A stretch of DNA of 64,000 nt from Azolla caroliniana (lineage: Eukaryota; Plantae; Polypodiophyta), in assembly GCA_043228905.1 (NCBI GenBank), contig JBHGNT010000013.1, positions 16,306,001 through 16,370,000 on the forward strand, in the 5' to 3' direction. Of the stretch, positions 13,869 to 26,709 are shown one piece after another. How positions within the stretch are numbered: the stretch's first letter is position 1; the number at the start of each line of letters is the position of its first letter. The position numbers and the translations under genes were made by a program. The notes under the pieces were generated by a model. That model saw nothing but the letters and a program-made list of their open reading frames with translations, searched no databases and was not told where the DNA came from.

Positions 13869-16800
13869 ATGTCTTCTGCATCGCGGAAGGGATCGGAACC
13901 GCCCAATCCAAGCATAAAACCCCAATATCATCCATCTCCAAGATTGTCAGTTCCCCCAAATGCTCGGCCGCCTCAGATCGGAGCCCCCACGGTATCTTCA
14001 AAAACAGATCAAAACCCATATTATACGAACCAGGGTTACAGACCCCCCCATACACATCAACCTAACACTATGGTCAGGCCACCTTCAGATTCTTCTTCTG
14101 CTTTTGTGGGTTCACTCACAACCATGCCCCCTGCACTGTCTAGGCCGCCTTTTTCATCCACCACAACTATGACTGGACAATTGAGCCAACCTTCTTCTAC
14201 ATACGGATCTTTCCCACCACCTCCGTCGAATCGTCCAGTTAGTATTCCAGGACCATTCTCCAAGATGCCAATACCTAGTCCAGGTTTCTCAACACCTATA
14301 CCTGGATCAATTCAGCTAAATGAACCACGACCAAACAATGCACTCATTTCAGGGCCAATTATGGCTGGGCAGGTGGTGGCTGCACCCACCAATCAGACAT
14401 TGTTCCAAGCTCAAACAGTAAATCCAAACTTTGCATCGGCACCCCCACCAATTGCTCCTCCAAGAGGGCCACCTAGCAATGCAGCGGTTAAAGGTCAAAT
14501 TGTGTCTGGACAGGTGCAAGCAGCAACGAATCAGATGCCATTGCCGACACCAATAGCGAATACAAATTATATTGTACCACCAACTGCTCCACCAAGGGGA
14601 CCACCTAGCTTCAGCTCGGGTCTAGCTAGTGCCCAACCTGTACCTCAGGCAGTGACATCTTACATGCCTACAATGACCCCGGCCCCCTCATTTGGATTAC
14701 AAGCATCTCAATTTCCACCATATGGAGGGCAGCCATCTATGCCAATAGATGGACAACCTAGCCAGGGCCCTCCTTTTCAGAGCCCCTATCAAGGTGCACA
14801 AAACCTAGCCGAGGAATTTCAGTCTCTGTCTATGACCATGACTGCTCCCGGTTCAATGGAATCCACTTTTGATCTGAACACCTTGCCACGGCCATCTGGT
14901 AGAGCAGAGCATCCCCCTGCCTCATTGACAACAAATTGCCATAGTAGGTACTTTCGGTTAACAAGTGGTTCATTGCCAAATTCTCAATCTGTATCTGCCA
15001 GATGGCATCTACCTCTTGGAGTAGTTGTACATCCACTAGCTGAGGCTCCTTTGAATGTAAGTAGTTGTTTTCTTGACTTTATGATGTTCAGAAACCTTCA
15101 TATCTTTGTTTACTCAGAGGTTTCTTTATTTACAGGAGGAAGTGCCTGTTGTAGACTTTGGTACTTCAGGCATTGTACGGTGCCGCCGTTGCAGAACATA
15201 CATCAATCCCTATGTTACTTTCACGGATAACGGAAGAAGATGGAGATGCAATATATGTAGTATGAATAATGAAGGCAAGCATTCTTAACTTACATATATG
15301 CTTCTTTTGTACAGAATTCTGGATTTTGATCTTGTTTGTGCTATGTATAAGCAGTTCCATCTGAGTACTACTGCCCACTTGATCAAAAAGGAAGGAGAAC
15401 AGATGCAGATGAGCGACCAGAGCTGTGTCAAGGAAGTGTTGAATTGATTGCCCCTGCGGAATACATGGTTCGGCCACCAATGCCACCTGTCTACTTCTTT
15501 CTTATTGATGTATCTGAATTGGCAATCAAAACTGGGATGCTTCAGGTATGACGAGGTTTGTGCTTGCATGATGTTTGTTTGATGGATGCAATGCTCTGAA
15601 AATAATTTGGTACAATGAAAACGGTGTAGGTTGCAGTGGATACAATAAAGTCTTGTTTAGATAAGCTTCCTGGGTACCCGAGAACTCAAATCGGCTTTTT
15701 AACATTTGATAGTGCCTTACATTTCTACAGCCTGAAGGTACTCTTAATACAAAGCTCAAAATTTCTACATGAATTCTAAGCTTATTTTAAAGTTTCAGCT
15801 GTGACCTCAAGTAGGATAACATGGACCTTGATCAATGTTTTGTGATTATGTGGCAGTCTTCATTGACACAACCTCAAATGATGGTTGTTGCGGATTTGGA
15901 AGATCCCTTTTTACCCATGCCTGATGATCTACTCGTTAACCTTTCGGAATCTCGTGCAGTAGTTGAATCGTTGCTAACCAGTCTTCCATCCATGTTTGCG
16001 GAGAATGCAAATGTAGAATCAGCAACTGGTCCAGCTCTTCGAGCAGTGTTTATGATAATGGTATGTGGTTTAATTTTTTTCTAATTACAAGCTGCAATGA
16101 TATCTCTGCTAAATTCTATTTTTGGGTAATATGCAGAGTCAACTAGGAGGCAAATTGTTCCTCTTTCAAAGTACTTTGCCTTCCCTTGGTATTGGCCGTC
16201 TAAAAATCAGGGGTGATGATCCAAGAATATATGGTTCTGACAAAGAAGCTTCTGTACGCAATTCTGAGAACCCATTTTACAAGCAAATGGCAGCTGATTT
16301 TTCCAAGTTCCAGATCAGTGTCAGCCTGTATGCATTTGCGAATAGTTACATCGATTTGGCATCATTAGGTTGATCCCAATGTTGGTCATTAAAAAAATAA
16401 ATATCTTTACACAATGTAGATTTATGATTTTGACTAATGCATAGTTTTTTCTATCAGGTACATTAGCAAAATATACTGCAGGACAGGTCTATTATTATCC
16501 CTTATTTCAGTCACATCTAATTGGCGAAAAATTTAGCTATGAGCTTGCAAGGGATCTTACAAGAGAGACAGCATGGGAAGCTGTCTTGAGGATTCGTTGT
16601 GGGAAAGGTTGAAATCATGGACTGGAAATTCAAGTTTTCTGTGTTCATTCACTATCAGTAGGGAGTCTCATAGTAAGATTGCAATTCCTGTTTGTACAGG
16701 TATGCGTTTCAACACTTATCATGGACATTTCCTACTCCGTAGTTCAGATTTGATGGCACTTCCTGCTGTTGATTGTGATAAAGCTTTCGCAATGCAAATG

Positions 16801-19800
16801 ATACTCGAAGAATCACTTTTGACCTCTCAAACTGCTTATTTGCAAGCTGCTTTACTGTATCCTTCTGCTGCAGGATTAATACTTTTCAGTATATAGAATC
16901 ATAGTTGTTAAGACTGGAAACATAAAAGATCTTGTACTTTTGTATGTATTTAACCTCTTCATAGATATACATCGTCAAATGGAGAAAGACGTATACGTAT
17001 ACATACATTAGCTGCCCCACTTACTTCAGATCTTAATGAAATGTACCGCAGTGCAGATACTGGAGCTATCATGATGCTATTGAGCAGGATAGGTAAGCAT
17101 GAATTTAAAAGATCTTATTAACAGACACATACCTTATTCTTCTGTTGTCGTGATTACACATTTTGCATCTTTTTATTGTCTTGGGTCAATTCCTGTCGTT
17201 CCCCCCAACCCAACTCCACCTAATCGATTACAAACCATTCGATTCTTTACTGTGTTCTACATGTTGTATGTATGGAGTCTCTCGTTACTCACTTTCTATC
17301 CATCTGTAATTAGGAGCAACCCTTTACTAATGACAAGGGTACATCTTTATGTTCTCTCTCTCTCTCTGAGTCACAGTGTGCACTGTGAACGACAACAGTT
17401 TCTGGTGAAAGTCTCTCTAATTCAAATTGCTTCATTGCAGCATTGGAAAAATCATTAACCATGAAGCTAGATGATGTTCGGCAGCAATTTGTGCAGTCAA
17501 AGCTTGTCCTAGCTCTACGGGAGTATCAAAATATCTTTGGAGTGCAGCATGCATTGACTGGGAGGCTTATTTATCCAGAATCTCTTAAGCTTTTGCCCTT
17601 ATATTGCTTATCACTATCAAAATGCCTTGCATTGCGTGGAGGCAATACTGGTGCCACATTAGATGAACGACTCTATGCCAGTTTGGAGATGATGGTTATG
17701 TCTGTGCCACGTCTTCTAAATTTTCTTTATCCAACCATGTTTCGACTTGATGAATGGCTTATTAAGGTACATGAGTCCACTACATCTATTTCTCTCAAAT
17801 CTGACTCAGAGTAGACTAATACCTAGATATTTATGTATTTTAACGCTGTTCTTGCAGGGTGGTGGTGATATCAAGTCCATAGAACCTCTGCCTCTCACAG
17901 TTGAAAGGTTGGATTCTCAGGGTGCTTTTATCGTGAATGATGGGGTAAAATTTATTGTGTGGTTTGGGAGTGTTCTGCCGACAGAATTTTTAGTGCAGTT
18001 ATTGGGCATGGAGGCTGTAAAGACAACAGATCTAAGCAAGGTATACACATATTGTTGACTGTTTCTATACTACAAATATTTCTATTCCCTGCTTTACTTC
18101 CTGAAATTGGCTTCAGTAAGAACAATACATCTTAGTATGATATATACTTGCTACCAGTTGTCTGAAATATACTTCCTGAAATTGGTGTCTGTAAGAACAA
18201 CACATCTTAGTACGATATATACTTCCTACCAGTTTTGCGAAATTGTACAATTCTATCCCCTTTTGGTTTTTTAAATAGAAATATTACAATAAAGCCCCAC
18301 AATATGCATTGATTTGATTATAATGGAATATCATGTTTCAGTCCCACATTTCATGATGATATTAGTACACATGATGATTGGCATAAACTTTAAATGCATA
18401 AACTTTGCTGCCATTGATTTGGTCTCAGAATCATTCACAATCTGTGGGATTCTAAGATGAGAATTGAACAACTATGTAAAGCTGAGATACATCAGTGAGA
18501 GTTGGTAGTGTGTTGAAGTTTTCAGGAAAAACACATGACTCTCAAAGAAACGTTAGGGTACCATATTCTAAACATTGTCTACTTACAAATTTCTGGAGGT
18601 CATTTGGTTGGTAGTGGGTTCTGTCGCTAGGTCAAAGCTTCTCAGGAAGGGGGGGATCAGGAGCTTCTTTGGGATGGCCCTGACACACCAACATAGGTGG
18701 TGAGCAGAGCAACGTTTCTTTGGGCCTGATTCCTGCCTTAGACAACTTTATTGTCATATTATATTTATACATTTGTCATCTTTTCCATCATTGGATACCC
18801 AAATTTCAAGCACCGGAAAACTTTGGAATTTAGAAAATCTGGATAGCTCACCAAAGGGAAGTCCACACTACAATCAAAGAGAAACTTTAGTGAAGTAGAT
18901 AATTTCCTTGCATTTGTTCTGTTTCTATAAGAAACTTGTGCCAAATATGTATTTAAAAAATGTCTATGCTGTAAATTCAGAGGCTGTTGCTATTAAACAT
19001 CATACATAGTTTGTGATGGCAAGAAATATAGAAATGATCTCTATCCAGACTTATATTACCACATATATACGTTGAATATGTTCAAATTTCATGCTCTTAA
19101 TAAACCTAATGTAACGGGTTATTTGGCTCTAAGCTCGATGTAACCGGCCCTGTTGTTTATTTGATGTGTTCCATATGTGGTCACAGCCCAGTTCTTTTGT
19201 TTAATAATATATATAGATGGTTCCTTAAAATTTCCATGTGACATAAGAGCAATCAATGTGGAATACCACCTTCACATTGGTAAAGAGCACACCAGATTTG
19301 AGCTCTGTCATGTGGAGATTGGAGATATATAACTTCACTTGCTGGATCAGGCATGACATCACTCCCCCAGAGACTAATACTTGTGCATCATGTGCCCTGT
19401 CTCGAAGATACGTTTGCAGTCAGGGATCCATTTAATCCTGCCGAATGGGGCATCTTTGTCACTTACTGATCAGTCATTCATGTACTCAATACCCTTGGGT
19501 TAGTTTCAATTGATTAGCTGAACATTAGTGTGTGGTTTCCTTCTCCCCTCTATAACCAATACAGAGTCATAGTATCTTCCAAAGTATGTGTGAACCTCCC
19601 TCAAGTATATTGTGTTGTTCTACTTTTGGTTCCATGTAGGTAGTTACAAATGTGGCTATCTCTCTGTCTCTGGGATGTGTATAATTATTAATTATATTAC
19701 GTATATAGAGAAGGCTGAACGCAAAAAAATAAGAAGTGAAAAGCTGCATGACAGTTCATCTTACATCCCACTGTTTATTCGTCCACTCTCCTATTGTCAT

Positions 19801-20197
19801 TAAGAAAAGGAAAGTCAAAATCATTTAGATAGATATTTCATGAAAGCTGTGAAAAAACTAAGTGCAGGGCTACTACATTTTCTCACTGTTTCTATATGAT
19901 GTATTTATATGAATCTATGATAAAGTATTTCTGCAAATTTCTGAGCAAGATATATTGTTGCAGGTGGTGGTTGTGGATCAGCATAATGGTTTATCAAAAA
20001 CATTTATGAACTTATTAAAATCTCTTAGGATCAGTGATCCTGCTGCTTATCAACAATGTATTTTGGTCAGACAAGGTGATCAACCAAGGGAAGGGTTTTT
20101 GGTGCTCTTCAACCTCGTCGAAGACCGCATTGCTGGATCCATTGGATATGCTGAGTGGATGGTCCAGATTTATAGGCAAGTTAAGCAAAAGGCTTGA
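13869..20197 (+). CDS. SEC24A: COPII coat cargo adaptor SEC24, SEC24A-like
   Basis: Exons 13869-15056, 15136-15274, 15355-15545, 15630-15737, 15857-16060, 16137-16368, 16458-16607, 16700-16856, 16965-17092, 17441-17767, 17858-18040, 19964-20197 (TGA). Pro-rich N-terminus, zinc finger [12 protein letters not shown]...WRCNIC, trunk motifs [19 protein letters not shown] and [10 protein letters not shown]-terminal NLVEDR. Probable 5' UTR intron from 13686 to a CAGCAG acceptor at 13861-13866. Confidence 0.95.
16857..16964 (+). other. U12-type (minor spliceosome) GT-AG intron in SEC24
   Basis: Donor GTATCCTTC. Branch-like TATTTAAC at 16947-16954, about 10 nt before the AG. Splicing restores [14 protein letters not shown]. 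Confidence 0.8.
18095..18243. repeat. Two-copy ~75-bp tandem duplication in the last SEC24 intron
   Basis: TACTTCCTGAAATTGG...GTAAGAACAA(T/C)ACATCTTAGTA(T/C)GATATATACTT begins at 18095 and again at 18170. Confidence 0.85.
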
Positions 20198-23100
20198 ATA
20201 AATTATTTTTGCTGCGGTAATATGCCTGAAAAAATAAAAATGTAAAGCAATGTTTCTTCTACATAAACTTGCTGTGCCCTTTATGCGTTGAAATCGGATT
20301 CTTGAGGAGGGACTTCGTTGTGTATAGTGAAGAGAGTTTCATACACCGCATAAATTTTGCTAATAGACATCCAACATTTGGGTATTAGTGAGACATTCAA
20401 AGTGGTGTTAGACGACAGCTAAGGGCACTTGCTAGTTGTATCCATAATCCATATTTATGGACAACACAGGAGGCCTGGTTTTCAAAAGCCTTATTTTCAT
20501 TTTATGAATGGATGAAATTATCCAAAAATCGTTGTTTACAATGCATCCAATCCCTGGCTTTGTAATAAGCATCTCCAGCCCTTGCCTACTTGCCAATTTA
20601 TCTATATTTGGGTTCTAGATATTTATGTATGGTTGGAAGATTTTGTAATCAGGTATTTTTACAGTCATATCATTAATGCATGACTTGTATGATCATCCAT
20701 ACGAATTTGAATGTATGGTTAATGATATTATGAATGCCCTTATGGTGGTATCACAAGAGATTTGTTTATGAAGATTGGTGAGCATTTTCCCATCAAAGTG
20801 GTTTCCATAACAATTCATTGAAAATAGCAAATTTGTTCACTTCTTCAGAAGAAAAGATTTGATGTCTACATCTATGTGGTTCTAAATGCATACATTCATA
20901 AAATTCTAAATGTGCGCATTGATAATTATTTTTGCGTTGCAGAGAATTCAAAATTTCCCACATTCCTCGAGGAGTAATTTCGTTTCATAACAGTGACCAA
21001 GATGTTCTTTACCATTCTCTTTAAACTAACATTTTCCATGATAAAAATTTTGATTCGACTTCAGGTTACATTAGCCATACATCCATCATATGCATGGTTA
21101 CCAATGAAACGTTCTTACTTGTAGCACTGACATTATGTGCGAGTGATGAGAGTATATTGTTTACGATTGATTACTAGGAATATTGCACATGATTGATTGA
21201 CAAGATATATATCATGGGCTATGTTGCCAAGATGCATCTGTGGATGAGAACATGAACATGGGGTTCCATGTGAGAATGATATGATCAAGAACAAGGAATG
21301 AGGAGTTGAGATGATTAACCAAATCAACTAAACACTTCATTATTCATCAACCTATTAAATTGTGAATTTTCTTTACACTTGATGTTTCTTAAACTTGCTT
21401 TCAACTCCACTTGAGACAAAAGATTCTACAAGATTTGAACCCCCTACGTACCCTCAACATTTGACTAAATCCTCTTTTAACTTGGCAGCATTGATTGATG
21501 GCCTGATAACATTGTGTGATTCCCATTTCACGACTAGTCTGTTATTTTTGTTTGTTACAATCAACTATTCTGTTCTCTAATTAAGGTGGTTGCTGTTAAT
21601 CATTGAGCCCCAGAAAGTAAATATTTTTTTGGCAACGTGCATGATTGAATTCTAGCTTTGAGTTTTACATGTATCAGAATTTGGGATGGTTTTTCATGCA
21701 TTCTTACCTATATGATCATCTTAAAAGTTTGTTATTTTGAAACACAGCTGACTGAATTAAAGTAGATGACATTGATTTGTCATTTATGATAATCCCTATT
21801 TCTAAACAGGTCGGTTCAGAATAGAGGAATGGATAGTTAGAATACAAAGGAGAAATCTGTGGAGTACATTTTACATATAAATAACTATAGCCCATATGCT
21901 TTTAACTTTATAAAGAGCTAACTAAGGAGATATCCTATGATGTTTTCTAAGTTGATGATGCCATAACCATGTATTGGGATCTAATGATGTAATTTTATTC
22001 CCAAATAGAATGATGACACATTTCGGGATTGGCACAACTGAGCTTTATTCTGTATCTAACTTAATTGTTATCTTTTTTGGGTACATTTCTCGATAGGCTC
22101 AACCAAGTTTACCATGGCTTTCTATCTTCTCGTGTGTATCTAACATAATTATCAGTCTTCGTATTTTTAAAGGCTCTTTTCGTGCGACAATTATAATTCC
22201 ATTCTTATGGTTTCTTATCATGGGCAATATAGCTGATATATATCTTGGATTATTATGAGAATTATATATTTCAAATTCAATTATCCATTTTCAAATCCAA
22301 GCGTCTCTACAGATTGATTTCCTTGTCTACCTAAATATAGAGAATTTAAATTTACCTTATTCATACTTTACAGGTTAAGATATTCTTCTTTTGAATTTAC
22401 ATCAGAAGTTAAGGCAAAAGCTGATAGTATTGAGTAAACACTGCATGGAGTTATTGAGGCAACCCCTGCATATGTAGAATCCTTTCACACTACATTGGAG
22501 AAAATTGCATCACATTTTGAGCACTTCATGACTAGAAAATCATCTCGTATCTCTATCATTTAATACCCAACTCCGAAGTAGCAAACCATAAGAAGAGGAA
22601 ATTATATCACTTTTTTAGCACATGTGGTTAGAATGTTTGTGTTCTAATGCCAGTACATTTAAACAACACATGTCGGTAGCAAAATTGTTAAGAGTATATA
22701 AAGTAAAAACAAGGTAAATAGATTGGATAGAAGAACCTGTTCCACCCGACCACCCCCAAGCACCATGGCTATTTGATTGTTCTAGTGCTCTATGTTGATT
22801 GTAAATGAGAATTAATGTATCTATATTTCCAAGAGGCCAAGTGAGTTGGATGTTAAAAGTACTCGCTAGGCAATGTTCATGATTGTAATTCCCTCATTTA
22901 AACATGTAGTTATGTACGAGCTCCATTACGAACGTAATGATGCAAGCCCATTTAATTTCTCTAATGTCTCATTGTTTTCCCATGAAAATCTCCAGCCATT
23001 TACTTGTATGCTTGAAATTGCAGTTATAATCAGTCTGCAAGTGTAAATCTGGTCATGTAAGGGGGCAAACTGGGCCTTTTTATCAGCACTTCTGTTTATG

Positions 23101-23287
23101 CATGATGAAGCATAAAACTGTGATGTTATGCTATTACAAGAATTTGTGGTCTATTATAGCATGAAACTACTCCTAAATATCATATTAGATGCACATCTTG
23201 CACATTAATTTTAGGGTTAGGTATCACTGAGTTAGTTAAGTTAATACTTTCCAGAATTGATAAAATAGGAATTGGAATTGAATCTTC

Positions 23288-23412
23288 AAAGAACTCGGCA
23301 AAATGGCCCGTAACTTTGGGAGAAGGGATGCCTTCTCACAGTGGCCAGGCCCAGGCGAGCGTTTACCAATACCAAAGGCCTCTGCAAAGTTGTACGCCCA
23401 TGTATGGAGGCT
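23288..23412 (+). pseudogene. rrn23: Decayed fragment of plastid-type 23S rRNA (NUPT)
   Basis: GAACTCGGCAAAAT.GCCCGTAACTT.GGGAGAAGGG.TGCC..CTCACA-GTG.CCAGGCCCAGGCGA..GTTTACCAA...GCAAAGT.GTA...CCATGTATGG.GGCT matches my recollection of chloroplast 23S domain IV, with many substitutions. Confidence 0.85.
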
Positions 23413-23713
23413 CAGGGTTTTGGGGACTCTTTAGAATAATGTTGGACATGGTTTAACTTCAGAGAAGCATTACCACTGACATTATTTTCAACATTTCTCT
23501 TGACACAAGCAAATTCTATATAATAAAATGTGTTGGATGACACATACAGTTTGGGCTCTATATGGAGCTATGACAAGCCAAAATATAAAAAGATCTAGCT
23601 AACATATCTATACAAATCTTTATGAAATAACCAGACTGCCACAAATACTGCTTGGTGGATATACAATATTTGATTTTCTATATCTCCATCTTTGCATCGT
23701 ACACTTCCATCAA

Positions 23714-25693
23714 TCATTTGAAGCTTATCCAAGAGAAAGAATGATAAAACTTCCGTATCACAAGTGCTGCTAATGCTACAACCAAGCCAATGGCTAGCAA
23801 CGTTAGAAAATGATCATCCGATGCTTGTGGCCTCGTACTAGATCTCACTTGAGCAGGGACTACCACAGGCCTTGGTTCTATAGAAGAAGAAACAATTGAT
23901 CCCCCAGCTTGGGCAACCGGTGCATTTTCATCATCATTAGCTGTCTCTACAGGCACAATTGGTTCACTTGTATTTCCACTATGTGTTGGAATAGGTTTTC
24001 CTATATCCACAGAATCTGCAATCTTCCTCAATTCTCCCTCATTTGTTTTGGGGCCAGCATCCTTAACAGATTCAACAGGTTCTTGCACAGCCTGAATCCG
24101 TTTTATCATCTCTAAGTGTATCTAGTATAATCAGAGAGGATAAAAAAAGTATGTTGTTAGAGAAGGATAATCATATTCTAATGTAGCTTCTACAGAAGAG
24201 AATCTGTCAAAACCTCATCAATCACTTTCTGCCGTTCTGCATTCCCATATTTCGGGGCCGCTTCAACTGACTTTAAAGCCAGGGCCTTCCTCTCTTCCTT
24301 CGTGAACTCCAAGGAACCAATAGCGCCATTGCCCTTAGTGGGCATGAAGGCAATCAAAGCCACCAATGCAGTCCTCACTGTCTTTGAAACAAAATAGTAA
24401 ATGGCTTTTGACTTCATAAGCACATTACAACAATATATTAAAAAAAATTTCAAGAACATACCACTCCATGATGGTTGCCAGTGCTCTGGATGGTATTGAG
24501 AAATGCTTAAGCATATCTTCGTTTGTGTCTCAAACCTCCCATTTGGCTGTTAAAGCAATGGAACCAACATAAACAATAATATAGGCCCTAGGCTAGCAAT
24601 GGACAAATCAGTATATATGATTATACGAAGACTGAGGTCGATTCGTTTTTTTTACAGTTAAAAGCATGAATGCCGGAGGTTTGAAAGGGTATTCAGGTGG
24701 AAGTTGAATGCGGCCATGATAGATTCCTCCTTCAAACTCCGAATCTCGAGGTCCTCGAATGGCAAACTGCCATTCAAAAATATTGTCCTGCATTCAGGTT
24801 CCACATCATGTATCAGTTTATGCTTACACTGAGAAATCATATAAGTTGCATATAGCGGTGTTCACATAAATCCCATTAACAGGGACGTAGAATTGAGATT
24901 TCCTTGAACTCATCTCACTACAGAATTATGTTTCACCTGCAACACATTTGATCTATGAAATCCAAAAATCCATATAATGTCAGATTGCAGTTTACTTCAA
25001 CTCATCTCACTACGAGACTATGTATCACTTGCAAAAAGCTTGATCTTTGAAGCCCAAAAACCAGTGGAATGTGAAATATAGATTTCCTTCCTTAAATAAT
25101 CTCATTAGGAAACTGTGTTTCACCCCCAAAAGGTTTTATCTTTGAAGTCCAAAAGCCAGTGGAATGCGAATTTACATTTCCTTCTTCCAACCCATCTCAC
25201 TGTGATACTACGCTTCACACTGAAACGTTCAGTATTGGAAATCTAACAATCAATGGCAAGCACGATTTGGAGATCTTTCTCTGACTCATCTCAGCATGAG
25301 ACAGCCAATCAATTAATATCCATACGTATCATCAAAATCATGTCACTTTCCAAAGAAAACGGGAATAATCGAATCGCGTCACATCAGAATTACATTTGTA
25401 ACAACGCAACAATTTATAATACAAGCATAAAATGTATGCAAGTCTTAGCCAAAAGCAAAGCCTAATCGACGTCATAAAAAACCCAACCAGACTAGCCAAA
25501 ATCTATAACCCTAAACCGAATCTAGAGCCAAAAAGAACAGTACAGAGAAAAATCACAGGGACGAATGAAATAAGTTAAGTACCTCCAGAGGGAGGCTCAT
25601 GTAGTCATCGCTAGGGTTGCTCTGCATCTCTTTCACTTCCTGCAGGATCCTCTTGACAGCAGGGTTGTTGAGGTTGAATTTGGGGGCAGACAT
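23714..25693 (-). CDS. UBC32: Tail-anchored ERAD ubiquitin-conjugating enzyme E2 (UBC32/UBE2J1 type)
   Basis: Exons 25693-25583, 24787-24656, 24546-24462, 24377-24214, 24121-23714 (TGA). Motifs NPAVKRILQEVKEMQ, DNIFEWQFAIRGP, YHGRIQLPPEYPFKPP, catalytic region TKICLSISQYHPEHWQPSWSVRTAL, and C-terminal TM LTLLAIGLVVALAALVI. Confidence 0.95.
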
Positions 25694-25939
25694 GGTTTTG
25701 GGAGGATCCAATCCTGAGAGGAAAAAGAGGGGCGCAGAGGGAGGGAGAGCGCGATTGGCGATGCAGAGAATCGAAGGGCGATCTGCGAACCCTAATGTCA
25801 CAGAGAAGTCGGACGTGAGACAGAGACAGACACAGAGAGAGGTCCAGATTTCACTACAACAGGACAGGGGTCTCTCTCTCTTCTCTCTCTTCTCTCTCTC
25901 TGTGTAATGGGTATGGGTGGGTCTCATGGAGTTGTCCAT

Positions 25940-25961
25940 TGGGCTTTCAGTCCTTTGGGCT
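25940..25961. promoter_or_regulatory. Pair of site II-like (TGGGCY) elements upstream of UBC32
   Basis: TGGGCT at 25940-25945 and 25956-25961, just upstream of the GA/CT-rich putative 5' UTR. Motif match only. Confidence 0.35.
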
Positions 25962-26325
25962 TCTTGGCCATATGAAACCATGAATGTGCCATTGCCATTG
26001 CATGAAATGCTAGCTTTAAGAAAAAGAACCCCTTTATAAAATAGGGTTACAAATGTACATAGCAATTACACATACAGTAACGGTAACGTATGTAGTAGTG
26101 ATACATTGAATGATAAGAAGATAACCATTGAGCTTCAAATGGCGCAAAAGTTGGGGAGTCGATTGAGTTTTCCAGTGAAGCTGCAAGACGAGTGGGCCGA
26201 CGAGACCGCAACTACCTCCGACGCCTACGATGCCTCAAATCCGAGTAGTGTTCTCGTGCCACTTCGTCTGAGTCCCTTCGAACAACCAATTCTCAGCGCC
26301 CTTACACCTCGGTGGATTGAACGAC

Positions 26326-26676
26326 TAGGGATCGGCAACGGTTCGGTTTAGGCTTAGCCGGTTTGGCCTGATCCAAGCCAAACCAGCTAAGCCTAAACCG
26401 TTTACGGGATCTCAAACTTGAGCCGAACCGAGCCGAGCCGGTTCACAAACCGGTTTAGCCTGAACCGGTTTGGTAAACGGCTTGTAAACCGGTTTCCAAA
26501 CCGGCTTGGAAACTGGTTTAGAAACCTCCCTCCCTCTCTCTCTCAAATGATCCACTATATACTATATACTATACATTGTACAAGCTCTCCCTCCCACTCT
26601 CTCTCACGTCTGTGGTCTCGACTCTCTCCCTCTCTCCCCTCTATGTAGTTCCTCTCTCTCTCTCTCCCCTCTGTGT

Positions 26677-26709
<33 letters not shown>

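Noticed and set aside
677-25693. Functional cluster of endomembrane genes (SWEETIE, SEC24, UBC32)
   Set aside because: Three housekeeping neighbours with no shared regulatory evidence are compatible with chance.
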